The notes below the pieces were generated by a model, which was not told the origin of the DNA, did no database searches, and was given only the letters and a program-made list of their open reading frames with translations. A stretch of DNA of 41,475 bases from Octopus bimaculoides (taxonomy: Eukaryota), in assembly GCF_001194135.2 (NCBI RefSeq), contig NC_068987.1, positions 41,579,486-41,620,960 of the forward strand. The letters are read 5' to 3'. Below, piece after piece: positions 1-10,040 of the stretch; the stretch's first letter is position 1, and each line of letters begins with the position of its first letter. The position numbers and the translations under genes were made by a program.

Positions 1-245
1 CTGCTAAAATTAAAATTTTAAATTTTTTTATTCATTTAGTACAAAAAATAAAATAAAAAATGAAAAGTGAAATTAATTGAATTTAAAAAAAAATATGAAA
101 AAGTACCTAAGAGGTACTTTTTAATTTTAATTTTAGCAGCAATAGTTTAAACTCTAAGTTTAATGAGTTTGTTCTTGTCTTCTACTTTTCCAGGTTTAAT
201 TGTTAAGAATATTGTTAGTATGCATCCGCATTTTTCATTGGCTAG
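1..245. repeat. Fold-back (palindromic) AT-rich repeat, probably the centre plus one arm of a MITE-like element
   Basis: ctgctaaaattaaaatt (1-17) is the reverse complement of aattttaattttagcag (123-139). Internal hairpin aaaaagtacct-aag-aggtacttttt at 98-122. Bases 123-240 are an inverted homolog of about 41275-41438. Confidence 0.55.
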
Positions 246-261
246 TATACATATACACACA

Positions 262-428
262 CATATGCATATGATGGGTTTCTTTTTGTCTATCAAATTC
301 GCTCACAAGGCTTTGTTTGACCCTAACCTATTGTAGGAGACACCTGTGCATGGTGCTATGCAGTGGGACTGAACCTGAAAACACATAGTTGGGAAGCAAG
401 CTTCTTAACCCACAACTTTTCCTGTGCC
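262..428 (-). mobile_element. tRNA-derived SINE, family 1 (partial)
   Basis: The reverse complement reads ...aagaagcttgcttcccaactatgtgttttcaggttcagtcccactgcatagcacc...acaaagccttgtgagcgaatttgatagac. It has a B-box-like ggttcagtccc and is homologous to 15336-15490. Confidence 0.75.
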
Positions 429-458
429 AGTTGTAATTAAAAAATACTTCTCCTAGCA

Positions 459-1240
459 GTCATTGTCCCATAGAGTAGTTTTGGGATGTCTGTCCCATGG
501 AATAGCTTAGGGAAGTCTTTGTCCCATGGAGTAGGTAGAGTAATTTTGCAATGTCATTGTCACATGGGGCGGCTTAGTGATGTCATTAGCCCACGGAGTA
601 GTTTAGTGATGTCATTGTCCCATGAAATAGTTTGGGGGTGTCATTGACCCAGTAGTTTTTGGATGTCAATGTCCCATAGAGTAGTTTGGGGATGTTATCA
701 TCTCATGGAGTAGCTTATGAATGTCGTTGTCCAATATAGTCATTTTGAGATGCCAATGTCCCATCAAGTAGATGAAGTATGTCATTGTTCCATGTGGTGG
801 CTCAAGGATATTGTCCCATAATGTAGGTTGGTGATGTCATTATGCTATAGTGTACTTTTGGGATGTCCTTATCTCATTGAGTAGCTCAGAGATGACATTG
901 TTCCATAAAGTACTTTTGGGATGTTATTGTCCTATGGAGTAGTTTAGTGATGTCAGTTGTTCTGTGGTGTAGTTTTGGGATATCATTGTCCAATGGATTA
1001 GCTTCAGGTTGTCATTGTTCCATTATATAGGTTAGGTATGTCAATTTCCTATTGAGTAGTTTTAGGATGTCACTATCTCATGGATTAGATTCAGGATGTC
1101 TTTGTCCCATTGAGTAGCTTTAGGATGTCATTGTTCCATAGAGTAGTTTAGGTGATATCATTGTCCCATGGAGTACTTTAGTCAAGTCATTGTCCCATGG
1201 AGTTGTTTACTGTTGCCATTGCCTCATGGAGTACCTTAGC
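459..1240. repeat. Degenerate minisatellite, ~29-bp unit, roughly 27 copies
   Basis: Abutting units of consensus gtcattgtcccatggagtagtttaggat, e.g. at 459, 571, 666, 1127 and 1187. Confidence 0.9.
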
Positions 1241-1324
1241 TATTTCAATAATATATATATTTACTACAACCTGCCACCAACCCTTACCCTTTTTTAAGCA
1301 AGGTAAAAGAATTACCTATATTAG

Positions 1325-1775
1325 GATGATTTGTGCTGGGTATCATAATGCAATATCATGACTGCTACTCAGTGCTCTGTGAATACTGTAAAGGCTGATA
1401 TGGGCAGCTGCAACAGAGAATACAAAGCTGTGGCAAGCAGGAAGGGACATAGTAGGTATTCTGACTGTGTGAGCATGTCAGAGTTTATCCCCGCATCTTT
1501 GAACAGAGCCTTACACCCAATTTAGACAGCCTACTAATTCCCTCAGTTGTATGTAATCCCATAGGTTACTAAATGTAGGGCACAGTTGAGAATGACACCA
1601 ACTGCTCTGCCTGAAACAGCAAGGCCAAGATCAAGGAGGTGTTCAAAGATCTTCCCAGGGACATATCTAAATTGATATGTTTTGGGGTTTTTTAAATATT
1701 TTTATTTTGGGATGAGATATTGTGTTTTCTTTTCTGTTTATGTAAACTGTGTAATTTTGCCCAACCACCTTGTAT
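1325..1775 (+). mobile_element. Tc1/mariner (IS630-Tc1-mariner) transposon remnant, internally deleted
   Basis: Transposase N-terminal remnant CSVNTVKA..ASRKGHSRYSDCVSMSEF and C-terminal remnant KIKEVFKDLPRD. The 3' end ccaccttgta ends in TA. Homologous to 14160-14490. Confidence 0.6.
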
Positions 1776-2179
1776 ATTCACAACTATATAAAGGGATGGA
1801 GATCGTTCTCAGGAAACTGATGCCTCCCCCCCAACACACACACACTAAAGAATGCAACTAGTGACGAGACACTGTACTGGAGAAGATTCATTCAACTTAA
1901 ATAAGCGTCTCAAAACAGATGTAAAATGGTGGTTGTGGTGGTGATAGTGGTGATGATGATAACAACATAATGTCAATATACAAAACCTCTTCAATTTATA
2001 TCAAAAGTACTTCAGTATGTATCAAAAAATGTATTTGTGTGGTAGTCAGTTTTTACCTGAGTGTTTTGTTGCCAAATATAAAATATAAACAGAATAGTAT
2101 AGAAGAAAATAAAGTTGGAATATTGGTGGAATAAATCTGTCACCTATATTAAAAGGTGGCATATAAAACACTCAAACGG

Positions 2180-4927
2180 GAAAGACCAATTCTACGACAC
2201 CCTCCTGCAAACTACCTCATTGACGAATGACAGGAACCTTCTCTTTATGGCTGGTGACTTCAATGGTCATGTTGGACGTCATGCAGGGGGCTTCCATGGC
2301 ATTCATGGAGGTTATGGCTTCGGTTTCTGCAATGAGGAGGGAACCAGACTGCTGGAGTTCTGTGATGCAAACGATCTTATAGTTTGCAATACCAACTTCA
2401 GGAAACCAGCTTGTCACTTAGTCACCTACCGTTCCAGCAGACACTCTAGTCAAATCAACTACATCCTCGCCAGAAATAGGGAAAGAGGGTGGCTTATAAA
2501 TGCCAAAACCTTCCCCGTCGAAGAATGTACCCCTCAGCACAGATTAATAGTTAGCGACTTTGGGATCAAGGCAAAAAGGATGCGCAGAAGTAGACCGGCT
2601 TGGAGGAGAAGGGTTTGGAAGCTTAAAGATCCTGCAAATGGACAAAGGTTTAGAGACATACTACTTGAAGCATTTAACGAAATAGGAGGGGATATAGCAT
2701 CATAAAATGTGGAAGACAACTGGAGGTTTCTACGGGACAACCTGCTGAGAGCCACCAACGAGATCTGTGGCTGGTGTAAAGTCCCCTCTTGACCCAAAGT
2801 AAGATGGTGGTGGAACAATGTGATTGACAGGGCTATTAGACAAAAGAAACATGCTTGGAAGAACAGAGGTAGCAAGGAATTGTATCAGACTGCTAGAAAA
2901 GAAGCTAGGAGACAGGTTTATTTAGCCAGAGGGGAAGCATATAAGAAAAAGTTTGCCAATGTTCTGCGCCGTTAGGACCAAAGACTTGAAGTATTTCATG
3001 TTGCAAGACAGTGTGTCAGAGAGAATCGTGATGTTGTGGGAGAGAAATGTGTTCGCATGGATGATGGTACACTTGCACTAAACGAGGATGCAAAGAAAGA
3101 GGTTTGGAGACGCCACTGCGAAATATTGCTCAATAAAGAGAATAAATGGGAGAAAGAGAGTCTGCTGAATGTCAACCCAACAGAGGGACCAGCTATCCGA
3201 ATTGACAGTACCATGGTAGATAAAGCAATTAAGAGTATGAAGNNNNNNNNNNNNNNNNNNNNNNNNNNNNNNNNNNNNNNNNNNNNNNNNNNNNNNNNNN
3301 NNNNNNNNNNNNNNNNNNNNNNNNNNNNNNNNNNNNNNNNNNNNNNNNNNNNNNNNNNNNNNNNNNNNNNNNNNNNNNNNNNNNNNNNNNNNNNNNNNNN
3401 NNNNNNNNNNNNNNNNNNNNNNNNNNNNNNNNNNNNNNNNNNNNNNNNNNNNNNNNNNNNNNNNNNNNNNNNNNNNNNNNNNNNNNNNNNNNNNNNNNNN
3501 NNNNNNNNNNNNNNNNNNNNNNNNNNNNNNNNNNNNNNNNNNNNNNNNNNNNNNNNNNNNNNNNNNNNNNNNNNNNNNNNNNNNNNNNNNNNNNNNNNNN
3601 NNNNNNNNNNNNNNNNNNNNNNNNNNNNNNNNNNNNNNNNNNNNNNNNNNNNNNNNNNNNNNNNNNNNNNNNNNNNNNNNNNNNNNNNNNNNNNNNNNNN
3701 NNNNNNNNNNNNNNNNNNNNNNNNNNNNNNCCCCGATCCCTTATCTGGTGGTCAATGAGGAAACTAGGGATAGAAGAATGGTTAGTGAGAGCTGTGCAAG
3801 CCATGTACAGAGACACTGTCAGTAAGGTGAGGGTTGGCAATGAGTACAGTGAAGAATTCCGGGTAGAGGTAGGGGTCCACCAAGGTTCTGTCCTCAGCCC
3901 CCTCCTATTTATCATAGTCCTCCAGGCGATAACAGAGGAATTCAAGACAAGATGCCCCTGGGAGCTCCTCTATGCTGACGACCTTGCACTAATTGCTGAG
4001 TCACTATCAGAACTAGAGGAGAGGTTTCAGGTGTGGAAGCAGGAACTAGAATCAAAGGGCCTTAGAGCCAACCTAGCTAAAACCAAACTCCTAATAAGTA
4101 GCAAAGTAGACAAAACACAAACCCCTTCAAGTAGATGGCCCTGCTCGATCTGTAGAAAAGGTGTAGGTAGAAACTCTATAAGATGTACCCAGTTCAAGCA
4201 ATGGACACATAAAAGGTGCAGCAATATCAAAGACAAGTTAACTAAGAAGTTAGTTTTTGTATGTGGCAGATGTTCAGGTGCAATAAACACTGAAAATGTG
4301 CAGAAAACAACTTCTGTCACACTCCAGGGAGAAAAACTGGATGTAGTTGATAGCTTCCGATATCTGGGTGACCAAGTTAGTAGTGGGGGAGGGTGTGCTG
4401 AAAGTGTAGCTGCTAGAATAAGAATAGCCTGGGCAAAGTTCAGAGAGCTCTTACCTCTGCTGGCGACAAAGGGCCTCTCACTCAGAGTAAAAGGCAGACT
4501 GTATGATGCATGTGTACAAACAGCCATGCTACATGGCAGTTAAACATGGGCCGTGACTGCTGAGTACATGCGTAAGCTCGCAAGGAATGAAGCCAGTATG
4601 CTCCGATGGATGAGTAATGTCAGTGTGCATACTCGACAGAGTGTAAGTATCTTGAGAGAAAAGTTGAACCTAAGAAGCATCAGTTGTGGTATGCAAGAGA
4701 GACGATTGCGTTGGTATGGACATGTGGTGAGAGTGGATGAGGATAGCTGTGTGAAAAACTGCCACACCCTATCGGTTGAGCGAACCCGTGGAAGAGGCAG
4801 GCCCAGGAAGACCTGGGATGAGGTGGTGAAACTCGACCTCCGAACTTTAGGCCTCACCGAGGCAATGACTTCTGACCGAGACCTTTGGAAATATGCTGTG
4901 CGTGAGAAGACCCGGCAAGCCAAGTGA
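2180..4927 (+). pseudogene. RTE ORF (APE endonuclease + reverse transcriptase with embedded PHD-type finger), disrupted
   Basis: Pieces are the ORFs at 2115-2705, 3036-3242, 3755-4543 and 4553-4927. In-frame stops at about 2703, 2790, 2972 and 4541. N-gap at 3243-3730. Confidence 0.9.
3243..3730. other. Assembly gap (N run)
   Basis: N bases, inside RTE copy 1. Confidence 1.
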
Positions 4928-4989
4928 GACCAAAATCCAAAACCTCTGCCAGGGATGTAGCCAGCCCACTTACGCGTAACATTCCTTCT

Positions 4990-5420
4990 TTGGACACTAA
5001 ACTTCGCTTGCAGAGACCTGTTGAGGCAAGTGAAATCGAACTAAATTTGTAGACTGGCACCCATGCCAATGAATCTTCATTGAACACTAAACTCGGCTTG
5101 CGAAGACCTGTTGGAGCAAGCGAAAGCAAAATCGTGATGGTACCAGTAGATCACTAAGAGTACCGTCTGAGCGTGATCATTGCCAGAGTACCAGCTGTCT
5201 GGCTTCTGTGCAGGTGGCACGTAAATAGCACCATTTGAGCGTGATCGTTACCAACGTCGCCTTCCTGGCACGTGAAAAGACATTCGAGTGAGTTCGTTGC
5301 CAGTACCGCTGGACTGGCTCCTGTGCAGGTGGCATGTAAGATACACCATTTCGAGCGTGGCCGTTGCCAGTACCTCCTGACTGACCTTCGTGCCGGTGGC
5401 ACATAAAAGCACCCACTCCA
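4990..5420 (+). repeat. Tandem structured modules in the RTE 3' UTR (2 x module A, 4 x module B)
   Basis: Module A (g[ga]acactaaact..cttgc..agacctgttg..gcaag) at 4992 and 5082. Module B (gagcgtg..ttgccag..gtgcaggtggcacgtaaa..cacc) at 5169, 5237 (partial), 5286 and 5353. Confidence 0.8.
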
Positions 5421-5609
5421 CTCTTGGAGTGGTTGGCGTTAGGAAGGGCATTTAGCTGTAGAAACTCTGCCAAATCAGATTGGAGCCAGGTGTAGCCATC
5501 TGTTTCACCAATCCTCAGTCAAATCGTCCAACCCATGCTAGCATGGAAAGTGAACGTTAAACAATGATGATGATGATGATGTGTGGGAGCATAGGAGGAA
5601 TCTGGTTTC

Positions 5610-5690
5610 AATGTGGTTAGACTACAAGAAAGCTGTTGATTCTGTCCTACTTAAGAAGAGATGAAAGCGGTAAAGGCTTGTGATCAGTGC
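5610..5690 (+). mobile_element. Possible short RT fragment of an early-branching (R4/NeSL-like) LINE
   Basis: Translates as SMWLDYKKAVDSV, similar to the WxDYKKAFDSV RT motif. Very short. Confidence 0.3.
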
Positions 5691-7107
5691 ATGCAGTCTT
5701 TGAATGTCATATAGTTTCTCTTAGACAGCACCTGCTAAACAACAGCAGTGAAAATACATTAATCTAGCGCTGAATGCTGAGCAACATCCTACCTGTCAGT
5801 AGTGAGTTCTTCAGGAAGCACTCTCTTTTTGACAACCTCCTCTACAACCCCAAAACAGATGGACTAACATACCTCAAAGAAACTGGATGTAAAATGTTCA
5901 GCATATCAAAAGAGACTATGCATGTGTATGTTTTCCTAAAACTTAAAAATAATCACACTAATATCAACATGAAGTACAGCCTTTATTGCACTCATGACAC
6001 TACATAAGATCACACTTCAAATCTGTCCTCCTCCTTGCACTATTTTTATTAATCATCTACTTGTTTTCCTTTCTTCTGATCTTCACTCCCTCCATTCCTC
6101 CATTTTCACAAATTTGCATTTTTTCTCATTTATTACCTCCTTTCTTTGATCACTGTTCACTTGTAACCTCCCTTTCCTTTATTTCTTAATATTTCCTTCT
6201 CTTCTCCTCCTCCTCCAATCTGTCATAAATCATTTTTCTCTGGCAAAGGAGGTACTATTTAGAGTAATAGATTTTCCCTCATATCCACAGCAAATCAATG
6301 TATACTACTTTTGAAGTGTTATTCTCACAGACCAACACCACTTTCCTAGTTTATTACAGATAGGTCCTTCCATTGGCACAGATCACTTCCATGTTAATTA
6401 ATGACTGTGGTTTAGCCTTATTTCTTTTACCTCTCTATCTATTTTATTGAAAAGTGATTGTAATTGGAATGTGATCAGAATATTTTAATGCAAGGAATGT
6501 ATCTCTCTCAGTTTTGTTCCTTCCACTTCCTTCAAATATCATTTCCACTTTACAATTTGACAATTTACTCTATCATGTTTATTCCATCTTCCATGTTTTA
6601 TATGCTTCTAAGTTTTGACTAAATAAGTCTTATGCTGATACGAGGAGACTGGTTGGCTGTGATAATTTTATGGTCATGTGGTCATTGCAGTAAAAGAGAT
6701 GGAATGGATGAGTGTGGTTTGATTTGAGCATGTTAGTTTCACAGAAAAGATATAGTAAGATTTAGAAGAGTGGCAGTGTACCATACTATAGACTGGAAGG
6801 AATAAAATAGCAATGTACCATACTGTGTTTTTAATTATTTATTTCCACCTAGATAACTAGTTAATTATTTAAACAATTAAATGGAAGAGTATCCTTCAAA
6901 AAAAAAAAAAGGAAAAGAAAAATCTCTAAACCCCCCCCCTCCCCGGTGGACGTTGAGACAGTCCAGGTGGGTGCTGATGCCTAAGGGGGAGGTGGAGAAA
7001 AAGGAAGCGTTGAGAGAAAGGCAGTGAATTGGGGGACACTATGAATTTATTATATTATTATAGTATCGTAAACAAATTGTATAATATTATATTAAATATC
7101 AAAAGAT

Positions 7108-8647
7108 TCATTTTAATATATAAAATCTGTTCTGTCTGTCTGTCTGTTTGTGCGCTTATAACTTGAGTATTGTTCATCCGATTGCACTGAAATTTTAAAC
7201 ATGGATACATGAGAGAGTGGGGCGTTCTGTAATCTAAAAAGATTTTCAAAATCATTAGTTTCAAAGTAAGACTCACTATTTTTGTAATCTTTAATTTCCT
7301 GTTTGTTCCTCCATTAAAACAACTAGTTGCTTAGACAGCCGGCACATACCATTTCGCTAGCAACAATGGGAGTACAGGATGACAGTCAGCCAAAACCGTC
7401 ACTATGCTGTCTCTCCTCTTTCCTCTCTCTCTGCAGTTATTATCTTTAGTTACAGTTTCTCATTCAAACTACATAATAGGCAGAATTGTCGGATTAAGAC
7501 AGTAGGGTGTTTTGAGAGAGATTTGACTGCTATTTCTACCAGGTCTTATGTCTGTATTGTTATGTGACATACTGTCCTATAATATATTCCGCATGCTTTC
7601 CAAAACCAAGTTACAGATTTTGACGTATGGGTATCAAAAGATTCAGTACTATTTTGGCTACAAATTAAACTTAATTTCCATTCACATATTTGCATTTCAA
7701 ATAATCTTTTCCATAAATCAGCTATTGTAAAAATTTTATACGATGACATCACATTTTCTATATGTGTGTGTACCTTAAAAGGCATCAATCATCACAACAC
7801 ACACCTTCACTCACTCACTCTATATCTCTTTCTCTCTCATATACACACGTGCAAGCACGCATGCACGCACACATACACACACACACGCACGTCCATTTCA
7901 GATAAACATACATACATCTTTCACTTTCTTTCTCTGTTCTTTTCGCTTATCTTCTTTCAATTTCTGCTCTCTTGAAATAAAATTTGTGCTAAATACAGAT
8001 TGTCTTTTCTGTAGAGCTTTAAAATTTTCAAATGAAACAAATGGTATTTGCTGCTCAGGTGGTCAGGTAACATCACCAGCACTACCAGCTCCTTCTCAAC
8101 TTCTTATGGATCTTCTAGAAAGCATTTCCATCCAGTCAAAGGATTTTCTGAACAATATCAGACAATACAACTCTGCAAATGACATCGTTTAATGCATCTA
8201 AGAAGGTAGATAAACATGAATTTACGCCAATGTCAAAGTTCAAGGGCAAGACTATTACCCCATTGGTTCCCTGGTACCTGCAAATGAACAACCACAGTTC
8301 CTCCAAATTTACTTTATGAATGATGTAGGACAACAAACCCAAAGGAGGTGTCAACATTTCAGATGATGGATTGTGTTAGGCACAGCGCTGACTGCTGAAA
8401 AAGAGAGTATATCCACTGACAGCTTCTCGGTGCATTCAAAAATCACATAGCCCCCACAGGTTAGGGCCTGAAATACTCCAAACAGACGCATAGCATGTTA
8501 CTTGGTCGAATTAGCCCATCATTTACTCCACAAATGTTTTGTTGTCAATGCTACACTTTCCCATATCACCTGTTTCAACATAACTGTAATATATTATATA
8601 CAAACTATGCCATTTTAATCCCGAGCAACGCCGGGTTTCTCTGCTAG
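7108..8647 (+). mobile_element. Non-autonomous Helitron with RepHel N-terminal remnant
   Basis: 5' region ..tatataaaatctgttctgtctgtctgtctg. Remnant CLFCRALKFSNETNGICCSGGQV..NNIRQYNSA..KVQGQDYYPIGSL at about 7990-8290. 3' hairpin cccgagcaacgccggg (8620-8635) followed by CTAG|T (8644-8648). The 5' end is approximate. Confidence 0.75.
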
Positions 8648-9724
8648 TAATATATATATATATAAATTAGTAAAATATAAAATATTTATACATAAAAATA
8701 GGGGTGGGGTCACTGAGAGTATTATGTGGCCATGAGTTGGGTGGTGGCCCAAAACATTTGAGCACCTCTGGACTAAGAAAAGATGCAGCCTTTTTAATCA
8801 TTAATGACTGATTAATATAACCCACAAGACCATTTGGAATAATTGGGATGTACATCTTCATTATTTTCATTGATATTGTAATGGTTTGCTCATGTTCTTT
8901 ATGACAGCATGTGGACAAAAGAATTAATGTTTATATATTGCCATATCGGGTAATAAATCATGAGATGTATTGATTTTTATCTGTCTGATCACCTAGACTT
9001 TCATTTACAATTTATTTATTTCATTTAGTATCATATTGTCGTCTTGCTGACTGAAGGTCACAATATTTTTTATTGATTCAAATAGACAACAGCTATACTT
9101 TAAATGGACGTCAATGTGTGAGGAGTTTTTAATGTGAGATTATTTGTACACAGACACAATAGTTTATTAGTTTTGCTTGGTCAGTCCCAGCTAGTTACAA
9201 CCAATGGTAAACAAGCAGCTAATAAATTATAACAAACAATTGATGTTAAACTAAGCTTTTCAACCTTGGTCTTCCCATCTGTATCAGCATAATTACTTTC
9301 ATATATATTTCATATGTGTGTCACTGACATTCCTTTGTCATTCTCTCTGTGGTAAATGAGTGATCAATTGTTAGAAACCCTTACTGTGGTGAATCCATGA
9401 TTGGCTTTAACCAATTATTGATCTCAAATGCATCATATAAGATAGATAAAATAAAAAAATCATATATGATAGATAAAATAAAAATATCCTATGTAAATAT
9501 TTTAGAATAATTTCTAGTAGGAAAAAAGCATTGAAAATAAATGAGTGGCATATTATTATATCAGAAATTCTCTATGTTAGGAATAAATGCTGTCAAAATA
9601 TGGATTGACTAAAAGAGAAAGTTACAGCAAAGCAAACTTTCTTAAATTTTACAAAGTACAAATGTTTTAATCGACCTTCATAATGATTGCTACCATAGCT
9701 AGCAAAAGTGTGACTAATTGGTAG

Positions 9725-9980
9725 TGTGGAAAGGGCAATGATGTCAACAGCTGAGAGGCCCTACCAGAAGAGGAAGTGGGAGCAAAGAAGTGAGGGAAAT
9801 AGGACCAGTGTGGTCCTATTTGGCCTTGAGGCAGTCTTGGTGAACAGATGCATATGGACACATGGGTGAAACAGTAGCTACTAGCAATAGGTAAGATGGG
9901 TAGGGCATGTCTTGGATTTAACACAGCTAGACAGCCAACACTGAGAGGTAGGTGAAACATTGTAGTTCCCTCATACTACA
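9725..9980 (+). repeat. 5' LTR of the Gypsy element
   Basis: tgtgg...catactaca. Aligns by eye with 13715-13993 with many substitutions. Confidence 0.75.
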
Positions 9981-10040
9981 AGGTATTTCAGCTCTCGTAT
10001 ATACATATATTTTTCTGTTGTTATTGTCCCCTTCTACAAG

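Larger units (their letters stand above)
2180..5580 (+). mobile_element. RTE-clade LINE copy 1, 5'-truncated and inactivated
   Basis: APE endonuclease C-half (MAGDFNGHVG, TNFRK, SQINYIL, PQHRLIV), RT motifs (GVHQGSVLSPLLF, LLYADDL, FRYLG), 3' UTR and (GAT)n tail at 5566-5580. Confidence 0.95.

Noticed and set aside
1-245. Mitochondrial insertion (NUMT) or control region
   Set aside because: AT-rich only. No mitochondrial tRNA, rRNA or protein motif is recognisable, and a fold-back repeat explains it better.
459-1240. CRISPR-like array
   Set aside because: The units abut with no unique spacers and are degenerate. The context is eukaryotic and has no cas genes.
2115-2180. N-terminus of the 196-aa ORF (MEYWWNKSVT..) as a real protein start
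   Set aside because: RTE homology begins only at about KDQFYD. The upstream codons are read-through of flanking DNA at a 5' truncation.
4027-4923. Antisense ORFs over the RTE RT (also 22345-22748, 36204-36896)
   Set aside because: These are shadow frames of the LINE coding sequence, with no independent motifs.
5774-6007. 77-aa ORF as a host exon
   Set aside because: No recognisable domain and no convincing splice context.
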